A stretch of DNA of 63,040 nt, the filler included, from Bigelowiella natans CCMP2755 (lineage: Eukaryota > Protista > Cercozoa): assembly GCA_000320545.1 (NCBI GenBank). It is 9 parts of 9 records of this genome, joined end to end, with 100 filler letters (N's around TTAATTAATTAA, not from the genome) between each part and the next. Parts side by side here need not be neighbours in the genome. Positions count along the whole stretch, not along the records: positions 23,231 to 35,422 come from ADNK01000472.1; positions 35,523 to 46,872 come from ADNK01002778.1; 7 more parts are not named here. One strand, written 5' to 3'. Shown in pieces: positions 23,830 through 37,323 of the stretch. Under the pieces are notes generated by a model. It searched no databases, was not told where the DNA came from, and was given only the letters and a program-made list of their open reading frames with translations. The position numbers were made by a program, and so were the translations under genes. How positions within the stretch are numbered: position 1 is the stretch's first letter; every line of letters starts with the position of its first letter.

Positions 23830-25619
23830 TATTTCAATTAGCGCATCGCAAACGTATAGCCGTCGTGACGACCTCCTCCCCACCCTTTCCTTTTTCTTCC
23901 TCTTCTTCTTCCCCTTCTTCTTCTTCTTCTTTGCCCTCCCCCCCCCCCTCCTCTTTCTCGCTTGACAAGCTTCACGGTAGTTCCTGGTGAGCTCGAGGTC
24001 AAGTTCAACCCAGGGTCCAAGTCACTGTTTGACACCGCCACAGCTCTCGCAAACGAGAAAGGAAATTCCGAGTATGCAGCGTGCAAATATAGTTTACTCC
24101 CCGCACAGAGTTTCCTTGGAGTACATGCATGTATATCCTCCGAGAGACGTGCGAAAACGGCGAAAAACCCACTGATGATGATGATGGTGGTGATGATGAT
24201 GGTGGTGGAATCTAGAGGAGAACTAATTTGCTGGTTTTGGAGAGATTGATCCGCGGTGTAAGAATTATTATTATAAGAAAACTGTTGTTAATTGGAAGAT
24301 TTTGATGACGGTTTTCTATAGAACGGATGATGACAGCGAGGAGGATAGTGATAATGAGCTTAGCAGCACTATCAGCGAGTCGGGGGAGGAAGAAAAGGAT
24401 CGGAGCGACGACGGCGAGGATAGAAAGAAACAGAGGAAGAAAAAGAAGAAGAGAAAGAAGGAAGATCGGTAGGAACAGCTAGAATCATGCAAAAACCAAG
24501 GATAAAGGATACTGAAAGAGGGAGGGGGGGGGGGGGGAAATGTCTTTGATGGTACCGATTCTCTGCTTTCCCTCCTGCAGCATGAGAATCGTGTCTTCTA
24601 GAAGTTGTCATATCATCATCATCCTCATCATCATCATCGTTATCATCACCGTTGTCAGGTCGCACCAACACCCCCTCGTGAGCGCAAACATCACGCAGGC
24701 TGAGATGGAGGAGTTCAGCGTTCGCCAAGCAAAGATTCCGTAGGAAGACCAACCACCACCACCACCACCACGATGACTAAAAACAACAAAACAAGAGACA
24801 ACATAGCAGAGACAACGACAATGATGACGATGATGATGATGATGATGATGGTGATGAAGATGGTGATGATGATGGTGATGATGATGGTGATGATGCAGCA
24901 ATTGCGTATTTACCAACGCGCCCTTGCAAATATCGCTGCCGGTACTTGAATTGCTGATGCTCATGATAGTTGTCTGTCCCCGTGTTCTCATATTCGCCTC
25001 TTCCTCCTTTCTCCTCCTCCTCCTCCACCACCTCCTCCTCTTCCATAGATATTCAAGAATGCAGGCCCTGATGCGAGAGATCCCCACCAGTCGCAAGCAC
25101 GTATTTGAGTACGCCGTCGATTGGACGACGTAAGTAGCAGAAAAGAAGCACCTCTCTCCTCTAATCCATGTTGTGCAGAATAATCTTGAAATTCCGCGCC
25201 ATCGCCAAAGAGCCTTTCTCCGTCGAGAAGCACCTGCGCTCCTTACGATCTATGTTTTGCTGGGTTTTGCTGGGTTCTAGGTACGATAAGTTTCGGACGA
25301 TGATCGAGTTGAATTTAGCGCCGTTCATCGCCGAGAAGGTGAAGGGGGCGCTAGGCCAAGTGGAGCAGTCGATGATTGACTTCATCTTCGAGAAGCTGAC
25401 CGCACATGCGTCACCGCAGGACATGTTTGACAATTTGCAGGGGGTAAGAAAACCGTGCACAAATCGAGCGCCTTCCTTTGTTTCTGCTTTTCTGAACGCA
25501 CACCGAGCTCCTCACGCGTTTATAATATATGCGCGCAGATTCTGGATGAAGATGCGGAAGTGTTTGTCATCAAGTTGTACAGAACCGTGATCTTTGAAGT
25601 GGAGAAGTGCAAGTTGTGA
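23486..25619 (+). CDS. RBM25/Snu71-like splicing factor with C-terminal PWI domain, 5'-partial
   Basis: E/R-rich coiled region followed by IPTSRKHVFEYAVDW...FIAEKVKGALGQVEQSMIDFIFEKL...|ILDEDAEVFVIKLYRTVIFE. Confidence 0.88.
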
Positions 25620-26677
25620 GAGTGTATTTAAGAGCAGTCTCAGCACATGTACGTCCGCCAAGAATCCATACATATATCACCGTGTAACGCCGACGACGTT
25701 GATATTATCGTCGGCACGCACGTGTATTGTCATTTATTATCACAGTGCTAGAGAGGGCACGGTGTGTCACCCCATACTTTGCTAGCTTTAACTAGTTAGG
25801 CTTTAAATATAGTTTTGCTCCACGCTAGCATATATTATAGCTAGATAGCAAGTTGCACATAGAGCGAGCGCGAGCTGTGTATTTATTTTTAGCGAAAATG
25901 TAACTTTGCAAATAGGCTAGAAAGCTGCCTATACACGTCGGGTCTAGCGGATGTCACGTTATCGCACTCGTGCTTGTGTAGCTAGCCAGCATAATAAGCA
26001 CGTACGTCTATCTAGCTATGCTAGCTAGCTAGCTAATTGTAGCGCATTGATGTTCGAATACCGCAAGAGATAAGCATACTGCTGTTATGCAATATTGCAT
26101 AGATCCAGCAGGCTACTAAGCAGCAGAATCAATGAGCTGCGGTATAGCGAGTAGTTGCGCGAGCGCTAGAACGCACTAGGTATCATTAGCACACGTACAT
26201 GTCTGCCACTTAGCAGCGCTGACGCAAACTCTAGAGCTGTTACAGCCTGGATGGGGTTGTGCGCCGTCTTAATGCCCTGTCTCAAGGGCGTGGATGGCCC
26301 GCGATTGACGACACGCACACTCTCTGCATCATGGGCGCGCAACAGGCCTTTAACTTTGCAAAGCTGTCGTTTCATCATTTGAACGATGTTATAATGCAAT
26401 ATCTGCATCAATCAGATTTTGCAATCCATGATTCGCATTGCGGTGCAAGGTCCTATAATTCACTCGCAGTCTCGATACGGCCAGTGAAATCTCATCGTGT
26501 TGTTTCAACTTCCATCCCGATCCATCGTAATAGCTCTTTCTTTTTGCTGAAGATGCTTTTTCCCAACCCCTCCCTCCCGTAGCCTCCCGCCCCCTTCTCC
26601 TCCTCTGTGCCCGTCGTAGAAAAATAAACGAATCACAAGAACACGCACATCCACCCGTTTTCGTATTTCCACACTGC

Positions 26678-26714
<37 letters not shown>

Positions 26715-26821
26715 CCACTACATGAAGAAAACAGGGTGCTTCTACCCTTCCTCCTCCTCCTCCCCCTCCTCGAAATTTTAACTTTGTAATCACACTTTTC
26801 GAAACTCCCTTGAGGTTTATA

Positions 26822-26891
<70 letters not shown>

Positions 26892-27008
26892 TTACGCCTC
26901 TCCTGTAAACTAGTCATTCGTTTTCTCTTTCAGCACTGTTTATTTCTGAGTAATTTGCTCTTTTCTCCTTCTTCGTCTCACCAGAGCAAGGTGGTTTTGT
27001 TCGATCAA

Positions 27009-27045
<37 letters not shown>

Positions 27046-27121
27046 AAATATCACGTACTCAGACGAAGGGTGGAAAAAAATAATAAAAAAAGGGGAAAAG
27101 AGCAGTAGCGTCATCATATCT

Positions 27122-27198
27122 CTAACGCTGCTGCTGATGCAAACGGCCCTGATGAATCATCGAAGAGTCTCTGTGTTGGTGCTGCATTGCTGTGCCCA

Positions 27199-27238
<40 letters not shown>

Positions 27239-28508
27239 TAATTGCGAGGCGTCATATCCCCTGGTATCTGCGACCGTATGGCTCATGCTGTTTAGGTTCA
27301 TCCCATAGTCCAGACTCGCCCCCATATCACTTTGAATGTCGGCTTGCTGCTGCGAGACAGAAGGGGGGGGGGGATTGGTGTTGATGGCCTGGCTCTGGCT
27401 GTATTGCGGGTAGTAGCTCATCGCTTGCTGCGGATGATACGCACTATGATGGTAAGCCGCAGCTGCGGGGGGGTACATTGCAGTGGAGTGGCTCGGCCCG
27501 CCCCGTCTAGCTAGGTGCTGCTGCTGCTGATAAATATATGGCGTTTGCATGGGGTAAACCATCGTGGCGGTTGGCGCGTACGTTCCGTTCTGGGGGCCGT
27601 ATTGGTACATGAATATCTGGTTGTTGTGCTGCCGAATACTCGCAGAGTTCCCCCCTCCGCCCACGTTGTTCTGGTTGGTGTGGCGGCGTCGCTTGGTGTG
27701 TTTTCGGCCGTAGTTGCACTTAACCACCAGGTGGCCGATTTTGGCGCCGGAAACCCTCTCGATCGCGGTCTTAGCGCTACTCTCGCCCTCCTCTGTATCC
27801 TCGTAGTGCACGAAGCCGTAGCCTTTCAGGCTGTTGTCGTTGTGGCGTGGGAGATTGACCTGGACGATCTTGCCGAATTCACTAAACACCTTGAGGAGGA
27901 TATCTTCGGTGATCTCTCCTTCCTGGAGGGATTTGGCCTCCTTCGCAATGTCAAACTTGACGTGTACGCAGTGCTTTTGGACGCTCGTGTCTGCCCAGGT
28001 CACCCTCACAGGGCGCTTGCTTGTGCCGATTTTCTTTCCGTGCAGCTCCATCTTGGCTCTCTCGGCGTTCTCTCTAGTCTTGAATTTGACCATTCCAAAG
28101 CCTTTGATCACCTTGAAGTAGGTCTCATCGTACACTAGGTCACCGAACTCCTCGAAGGCGTTTCTATACGTTTCTTCCTCGACGCAGTTGTCCAAATCGC
28201 CGACAAAAAGGGTTGTGTTTCTCTGCGCCCACCCGATCCGTAGCCTGCGTCCGCAGAGCTCCTTGCCGTGAAGGGCCTTCTTCGCTGCAACCGCTTCTTC
28301 TCTGCTTGAGAACTGCACGAAACCATAGCCGAGGTTGTTGTTGGTCACTCGGTCGCGTTTGATATCGATGTTGATGACAGTGCCGTACTTTTCCACTTCT
28401 TTTCGCAGATCCTAGTATGAGGACACCGCCATTGCAGAATCACAGACAAACACGCGCACACAAAGGGAGAAAAGAAGAGAGAGGGGGTTATACATCTATG
28501 TATCATTC

Positions 28509-28545
<37 letters not shown>

Positions 28546-29036
28546 ACACACACACACACACACACACACACATATTCGTGTTAGCCTGTGACATTGCGTT
28601 CTTTCTATGTATTTTCTCTGCTCTATTTCCTTCATCGCTGTTTCTGTCATCCTTTTCAAGACACTGAAATAGATGATTCACCTGATCCTTCACGGTTCTG
28701 GATAAGTCGCCAACGAAAATGATGCATTCTCCTTTCTTTTCCTTCGTCTCGGTGCTTTTCCCCTCTTTTGGCGGAGCTGACACAAAAGAAATTTAACGTA
28801 AAGATAAAGTCTCAAGTTGGTTTCAATTGCTCACTTTTCCTCTTCGACTCATATCAGCGGATGTGCGACAAGAAGAACAAAACAACATTACCAGTGGGCG
28901 GAGTCGGAGCAATATTGCCGTTTTTCGTCTGCTTGGCCGTTGCATTTTCACCCAGCTTCAGCCCTTCTAAAACCGGGTATAATTCATCTTCCAATGGCAC
29001 TCCGACCCTTGGCGACTCTAAGACTGACTCCGCCAT
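27122..29036 (-). CDS. RNA-binding protein with three RRMs and a Q/Y/P-rich low-complexity tail, 3 exons
   Basis: RNP2/RNP1 motifs IFVGDL...LGYGFVQF, LFVGDL...KGFGMVKF and KGYGFVHY. Confidence 0.92.
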
Positions 29037-30918
29037 CCTTTTAGCTGGGTTTTGTGTGTGCACAGTCGCGGTTGGCTTCATTATCTTCTCAAGATTTATT
29101 TAGGCGAGCTGGAATTTAAGCAGTGAGTATTTTTTTCTTTTTAGAATTGTGCGAGGTTCTAATTTTCTTCTTCTAGTAAGAATGAATCTTCAACAATTCC
29201 AAAACCAGGGAGGGGCTGCTGATTTCTTTTCTTTCTGACGCAAGAAGGTGGTGCTTTGAATTTATCCTTAGGCTTTTCAAGTACAACCAAAGCTCTGGGG
29301 AAAAGGCAATACAAATGAAGTTCGACGCTCTAGGTCTGAGAATCTAATCCAGAGCTATACTGAGTCGTAAATTCAGGAAATAGAGGAGACAGCCACAATC
29401 ACTACTTGTTATCCCGATATTCCGCCTCCTATTTCATAACCCCCAACACCCGAACTGTTCAGATGCGGCTTTATGTAAAGTATGTCGTTCTCCACGGATG
29501 ATTATGGAGTAAGAAGGGGGGGGGGGGGATGGAGATACGCCTTTTACACTCTCAGACGAACGCTTCAGATTTCCCCAGTCGATATGCAGACATGATTCAG
29601 ACTTATTTTGCCCTAGATTGATATTTTATTCTGGGAAAAATATATAATGGAAGGAGAAATACACATATTTACAGTGCTCTGTTTTAATAATTACATATTT
29701 AAACGGCATTTAGGATACGATATTCGTGGTAGTTTTGATCGTGACAATAAATATCTCAGACTCTGGTGGGATTATTCAGTCGCACTTCGTAGAGGGAAAA
29801 TGCCCTCTGATTCACAGAGACATCATACATTCCTTGTCGCACAAATGAGAATCCCAGGACAGCATACGGAAAGAGAAGGAATTTGTTTGGGAAAGACCCG
29901 AAGTATGCAATTATTTCTTCGATATAATCGTAAGTCGTTGTTCCTATTTCCCACTGATTTTTCACTTTTTCTGTCTGTGGCAGAAAACTCTGGATGTCAT
30001 TTTCAGAGAAGATTCGCTCAATTCGATTAGCTATGGAAACCGGGATAATATTTAAAAAGCCAAGTACAAAGGCGTTTATGTTGATATTTGAGCAATATTT
30101 CCTGACGCTCTTAAACTATGCAAGCATGTAGTGTGCAGAAAACACAAAGGGAATTTCTTAGATCTACCCTTCACGTACCGTTGGCCGAAATATTATTAAC
30201 TTCGTAGGAAGTAGGAGTTTTAGCCCTTTTATTTAACAAGACGCTTCGGTTAGATCTAATTAAGATCTGTGAGGGGGAAACGTTCGAGCCGAAATGAGAT
30301 CGTGAAATCACGAATGCAAGAAAGTTATCTCTGGCTTATCATCCTGCCTGCGGGCGAAAAATAAATAGGGAAGTTTTCCCTTTGAAATTTGAACTTCGGG
30401 TGTTTGGATTTTTCCGCTGGGGATATCTTGCTGCGACTACAAGAATAATATGTCGCAATAAAATATCCCAGATGAACTTGCAGTTCTTGTCCAAAAAAGT
30501 CGGGAATGGCTCCCGTCTCATCCATGAGCTACAGCCCACTGATACATGCAAACTGCATATAACACGACCGGATTCATTTGTCTGGAAATATTGACGATAC
30601 TAACGATTCTGGTCCCCCTGGATGGATCAATCTTGCGGCGTGGCGGTTTTGGAGTGCAAAGGTGCTCGACTTGGCTCAGTCGATATTCATACCCTACCCA
30701 GAAATAGACTGATTCGTTCGCTAACACCCTTATCTGATCTCCAAGGACTCCGAGAAGGTCGGGCTTCCGTCAGAAAGATGGAAAGAGGTCGAACACCTAG
30801 ATGAAGTTCACTCACTTTGAAACCCACATGACAATCGGCCTTGTGACCTAATTAAATTATTAAATTCTAAAGACGATTTGTGACGAGCCACCGGCCATCC
30901 AGCATACCTCCTTTCCAG

Positions 30919-32503
30919 TCACAAGAATCGGAAAACTCATCCCTCGTTCTTAGCATTAAGCGGCGCTATTATTTGACGGTGCCTTCAAGGAGGGCCCAGG
31001 ACTCTAGGTGCTGCATCTTTTCCTTTCGAACACTGCCTGCACATCGTTATACTGAGCATTGGACGCTTACTTTACCCCCCCCCCACCCTCCTCAGAAATT
31101 CCAGCTATAGTTTATTGCGACTTCTCGAAATGCACTGCCAGGACTTGCTTCCAAAGATCCCACAACCTGCTGGTACTCTCTCTTCTTTGACCTTTGAAAG
31201 CACGCTATCGACACCTTCAACCATCTTCCTTCGCCCTCAGGGTTCAAACTGAATATCTTGGAGATTGCGAGCGACATCGGCGAAGTAACGAAGTTTTTCT
31301 ATTCCCCATTCTGATGACTAGACCGAGACGTGAGATGAGTCCTTCAGTATCCATGCTGCCAAGGATAGTGCATGTATCTTGAATTTGAGGCTTTTCTAAC
31401 TTTTATTCGTGGCACCCCTTCATTCTTTGGAAGATAGTTTGATGATGATGCCTTGCTTCTTCGCTTGAAGAAATGCTTATCCCCCAGTTCTCCCACTGTC
31501 GTATGCCCCCCTTTAGGTGACAGCGTTGGCGCTGCCGTTGGAGCAGTTTTTGCAAAGAATCGACCCCGATGTTCAGATGGTGTGCATCTTATTTTCTCTT
31601 CTATCTCACGAAATCGTTCAAAAGCTGCGTGTCGTAGCCTTGCGCCCCCTCCCCCCCCCCCCCCCCCTGTCCATTAGCCATCCTCTCTCACATGGCAACT
31701 GTTATCACTAATTTTGCCCTCCTTGACAGGTCTGGCAGCCTTCCGAAAGGAGCGCACTTCAAGTTGACCGATTCACCCGCTCGGCCAGGGGGCGGGGGAT
31801 CGCGGTGGGGAGGAAGTCCTCCAGCGTTCGAAAGCCGATAGTTGTGGACACGGCGAAACCGAGGGGGCGGTGGATTCAGAAGGCGCTCTCCCGGATCAAC
31901 GCGCCCCGCAGCCGCGAGGAGCTCTACTCCGTGCTGGTCACCTCCAACTTGATCCAATCTTCCCCTTGGAGGACCTTCGAGGGCCTTCTGGAGGGGGCGC
32001 AGCGCCTCTTGGAGCCTAATGGGCTGCTGGCTATACACGGCTCCTACTCCATTGATGGCGTGGAGAAGCGGTGGTCAGTCGCGCAGTTTAAACAGTGGCT
32101 GTACTCGAAGAATCCCTGCTTCGGTGTGCACGATCTTCGCGACGTCCTGAGTGCTGCAGAGGACTACGGTTTCCGGCATCTCGAGACGCTGACGATACGC
32201 ACGCCTGCAAGTTACTTGCCGTCGATAGTGGAGACCGCGCTCGACGGGGAAACCACCTTCATTTCCCTGCCCAGCGACGACTTCATCATGATCTTATCCA
32301 ATGACTTTGGTCGAAATCCGCATATCAATTTGCCAAATTTTAAGGCCCCCCCCCAGCAGCGATCGAGTCTGGCGCAAGCTATTGTAGACCAGTATGGGCC
32401 GAGGTGGGAGGAGCTGCTCGAAGAGAACTGGGACGACGAGGATGACGACATTGACGGCATATTCCTACACAGAAGGCCTGATGGAGACAGGGGGGGCTTT
32501 TGA
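30919..32503 (+). CDS. DUF938/METTL26-like methyltransferase-fold protein; start uncertain
   Basis: Exons LNILEIASDIGE|...|VWQPSE...NLIQSSPWRTFEGLLEGAQRLLEPNGLLAIHGSYSIDG...FKQWLYSKNPCFGVHDL match the DUF938 pattern. Confidence 0.8.
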
Positions 32504-33289
32504 AATTTTAACCTCCTCTTCATATCGTGCCTATTTCCAATCAACCTCTCGTAAAGCTGTGATAATTGTACAGAAAGCGCGAGAGTGCAGTAGCAAAACG
32601 AATAGTCTTAAGAAATGAGAAGGAATTAATAGTACGCGTCCACCCAAGATCATTCTAATGATGCTCTTGTGGTATATCAGTATCTCAAGCGTAATATTGC
32701 ATTGCACGCACGCACAGCCGGCAAGGTGAAGAAGATTAGATACATAATAAATGTATCTTGTATTATACACATCGAGACTACCAGCAGAGCATGTACGTGA
32801 TTCGCACATTCTTGACTCATTGCGCAATAATTTATCTGGTCATTATCTGCGGGCTACGTCTAAATTTGTGACGTGAATGCCGCTAGCTATGTCCGCGAGC
32901 AGCGCATTGCAACCTGCTGAACGTGCAGGTCAATATATCAGCGCACTCGCTCTGGGACTGGGGAATTGAAGTATTGAAGTCTTTGTGCTTTTTCCATCGC
33001 AAACGCGGCAGTTCCGTTTGGCACATCATATGCTTGTGCACGTATGCATCATTTGAAAAAATGGCTGTCAAGGCAATCATGCTGCGCCATCTAGCTATAT
33101 ACACGAGTGCAGCGACAATTGAAAGAATGTAATCATTTCATCACACCCGCTAGCCCGTCTCACATCGCATGCACGCACAGTATAACAGCTTAAGTTCTAC
33201 CAGCAATGCTAGAACAGGCCGCACATTTTCCCGCGCAAGCACGCAGGCATTTCGAACAAATTCAAGCAAAACGTACGCAATCACGAAGC

Positions 33290-33425
33290 AACATGCATTT
33301 ACTTGCATGAAACACATCATAGCGGAGACCAACAGATTCAAAATTAGCGTTGTAGTCGCTGCATTGCACAGCTACATAAGGATGACTACTGAATAAGTTT
33401 AATTGATTGATTGCATCCGTCTTAC
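33290..33425 (-). repeat. Dispersed repeat family, copy 3
   Basis: Reverse complement reads gacggatgcaatc...gtcatccttatgtagctgtgcaatgcagcgactacaacgctaat...tctgttggtctccgc. Confidence 0.85.
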
Positions 33426-33704
33426 ACAATAACCTAGACAATAGCTGGGAGATACACCGGCTAATATGTTATGTATCATATCGATAATCATCGTCAGCTG
33501 CTGACGGCGTCGATCGTTACTGCGAGCTAGACTGATAGGGGGCTGAATTGCATTGCTGTTTGCGTGTTGGGAGATACAATTCGCTCACATCGATGTGACC
33601 TCTTGCCGATGTGAGTAAGGCAGAGCTTTAATCAACTTCGTATTCGTACATGATTTGAATTAACCTGTAGTAGAGCAGTCGTATTCAGAATATAAACGGG
33701 AAAG

Positions 33705-34528
33705 CTAGATCAGGCTGTGTAGACAGTGGAATAAGAAACAAGGCACATTCTGTATAGCTACTTCTGCTCCAGTCCTTGCGCCTCCAAGATGCTGCAGATC
33801 AACTGCCGGCGTTTTCTTGACGTCTCCCACCTGTTTTCCATGTCCCATCCAATAAGAAGCGAGTGAGGAATGTAGTAAATAGGAAACGTTCCGAGTCATA
33901 TGTACTCATATGTTTCTTTCTTCACGAGGAAGAGGGGGGGTAAGGGGGGGGGGGGGGGTCGTATAAAGTTGACCTTTCATGAGTCTCTCTAGCCACTATC
34001 TCGGCGACTTTTGCCTATTTTTAATGTTGGAGGCGATGTTCCGAACAGTGAATATACGCATATATATATATATATATATATATATTTAAATATACTTCTG
34101 TTGCAATGTAAATTTATAGAATAAACACGAACGAGCACATCTTGCAGCGAGGAGAGCCGCTTTAAATATCACTCAAAACGTTGTTCGTTTGATGATGCGT
34201 TGGAAAGACGACGACTGCAAAGACGATACTACTGACACGCCCCTGCTACACGTATAAAGAGCTTTTGATGAAGCTATTTTAATAGGAAAATTGTGTTTCA
34301 GTAACTTTTCAAAGGCAGCATGGGTTATTCTCATATCACGACGTAGAATCGTCTCGTAAGGAGCGAAACACTCGATCATCTGCTTTGTTTCCTTCATGAT
34401 GTGAGATGTGACAAATACCCCTGCCTCTGCAGGCCCTATCTTATGTTCCGCATCGTAAGCAATCGCCCTGTGGGTGGTAAGGGAGGGGGAGGGGAGGAGC
34501 ATTCATTTGTATATGTAATCAGATATGT

Positions 34529-34595
<67 letters not shown>

Positions 34596-34919
34596 GATAT
34601 TCAGCAAATCCCCCACGTTTCCAAAAATACAAGCATTGTTTTTGTTTTGGGGATATGGAGAGGACGCGTGCAGCTAGCTACCTGAGCGTCGATTCGGTGT
34701 AGAAAGCGTGTCGTTGATATTTCTTTGCGATCATTCGGAGAACATAGCGCAATGAGAATCAATCAAAAACAAAAGCTTATCAGCTGATAGATTGGTTGCA
34801 TAGCAGCCAGAATAGGCCAGGAATTATGTGATGATGGGATGATGGCAAGAGGGGAAGAGGACGCGACGAAGAGTCATTCACAATCACAAACACACACACA
34901 CACGCGTGATATATATCAT

Positions 34920-34957
<38 letters not shown>

Positions 34958-35222
34958 AGAGGGATGAGCAAATTCAAAACACCAACCGGAGTAATATTTC
35001 TCTAATACAACAAAACAACTACTACTACCACTACTACTACTACAACGAAAGCAAATTCTCTCCTCCAGTCACATCGTTGGACAGTATCATCCCCCTCGTC
35101 ATCATCATCATCTTGCAACCACATCTCTTTCTCAGTTATCACCGCTACTAGATCGATGGGGTAGTCAACGCTGTCAAACTTCTCTAAAAGATCCTTCGGA
35201 CGATATCTTGCGTAAGATGCCT
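33705..35222 (-). CDS. 3' exons of an unknown protein
   Basis: Exon-like segments ASYARYRPKDLLEKFDSVDYPIDL, MIECFAPYETILRRDMRITHAAFEKLLKHNFP and AKVAEIVARETHER, bounded by GT-AG. Confidence 0.45.
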
Positions 35223-35387
35223 GAACCAATCAATGTGTAACAACAACAACAACAACAACAACAACAAACAGATCAATGCGAGCGCCTTTTTCTACTCTCT
35301 AATTCCTTTATCCCATCACTTTCACTCATTTTCTCGATGCTTTATAATATACATCTGATGATATATCCACAAACACACCGAAGGAGG

Positions 35388-35422
<35 letters not shown>

Positions 35423-35523
35423 NNNNNNNNNNNNNNNNNNNNNNNNNNNNNNNNNNNNNNNNNNNNTTAATTAATTAANNNNNNNNNNNNNNNNNNNNNN
35501 NNNNNNNNNNNNNNNNNNNNNNT

Positions 35524-35612
<89 letters not shown>

Positions 35613-35669
35613 AATCTCCCCCCCTCGCTCTTCTTATCTTCAACAGCCGAGCTAATATGTACTAGCACC

Positions 35670-36287
35670 ACCTTTTCTCTCTCGGGCTTATTCCAGCCGT
35701 TGGTTCTTCGGCCTATATATTATGACGAAGATCACGATGGAGGAATCACGCAAAAACATTGAACGACGATTTCTAGGGAAGAAGAAAAAGAAGAAGAAGA
35801 TATCGATTCCTTGCTTGTCATTGTTGCGTAGGTTGAGTGTGCCATCACTGCGCTATCATGACCATTATCGCCATTATCGTCGTTGCTACGTGTGTGTGTG
35901 GAACCAAGACCTGTGCGAATCCCCACCCAATGAGATCGATAGCAAACGATGATATTCCTTGCTGCTGCAAACGAGGGACGAGACGACGAAACTCCAGCAC
36001 AGAGCTGTCAAAGCCGTGGAGGAGCACCACCGGCGCCCCGCCTATCACACAGCCGAGTCAACGTGAAAGCATATCGTTTGTTCAGCGAAGAACAGGAGAA
36101 ACAGTGGGAGTATTCGAGAGAGAATGGGACGTGTAGTGAGAGCAAAAACCTGCCAGTTCACTCGGTTGATCCGACACCCAGCCTCCTGCGACCGTAGTTG
36201 ATATCTGATATGGCAAGGTCTGTGATTTCCCCCCGCGACGACATTTATCGTGTTGAATAGTCATGTGCGTGTGCACTTCGCACTTGA

Positions 36288-36342
<55 letters not shown>

Positions 36343-36940
36343 TGTGTGTGCGCGCGCTTGTAACAGCAGCAGTTGTTCAAAGTGCAAACCGGTTTGGAGG
36401 AGAAGGAAACGTCAACGGGCACGTGACGCATAGACTTGAGCATGTCCTGGCATGCAGCTTCCTACGAATTAGGCCGCAGGCAACACAAAGAAAGAACCAT
36501 GCAACTGATGACAAAGCCTTCCCTATATCTACTTATAGCTAATCGCAAGAAGACGTACTAAGTCACAAAATCGAACGCATGAAGTGAGTTTTTACCTCTA
36601 TATCTCTCGCCCGTTCGGCATCAACGAATGAGGGATACCCCTTTCCTATTGCGACGGCATCAACTTGGGTGTGCCTTCGTATAGGGAGCCGTGCATCGCG
36701 GTAACTTTGGCATCCTCCTGGCCGCGTTCTCGAATGTATTGGGGAACGCACTGTAGACCAAACACCCGACCTCGATTGTGCCCCAGCAGACGACGACAAG
36801 GTCTCCCGCTGCGTCGAGAGGAGAACAATTCCCGCAACTGAAAGGACGGCGATAGCGGAAGCTACTATCGCTGAGGATGCTGGACGAGATGTGGGTCTCC
36901 TCCAGCTCTGAAGCCGGAGATCAAGGTCTCGAGTCATCAT
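35670..36940 (-). CDS. Alpha/beta-fold hydrolase with a bipartite (signal + transit-like) leader, 3'-partial
   Basis: GGAPVVLLHGFDSSVLEFRRLVPRL...AIDLIGWGF. The N terminus has hydrophobic AIVASAIAVLSVAGIVLL followed by an S/R-rich segment. Confidence 0.85.
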
Positions 36941-37323
36941 CGATTGTGCAATGGAATATGGGTGGCTCGAGGGGCTACGAGAGGAGCAGTCCAACAAGTT
37001 CTCGTATCGTTCAAAGCATGAATTAAGGTCATTTTCAAGCTTTTCCAGTAACTACCGGTATTTTCTGAAAATCCCCGATTTTAAAATGGGCCGCTCTCTT
37101 TTGCCTGAACATCCAGTGCAACCTGTGGCTTCATTGCAGTTTCCGCCTGCCTTTCCTTCGTCCATGCACGCTGGTGGAAGTCTCGTGTGATTTCTGCCGA
37201 AATGCTTGTGATTTGGCTTATACGACTTGTACAAATCTTTGTCTCAGTTGTCTTAAATAAGGCGGATTCAGAAACAGAGTTTGAAGTGCTTCCCGCGCAT
37301 AGCTTCCCGCCCCCTGCCTTCGA

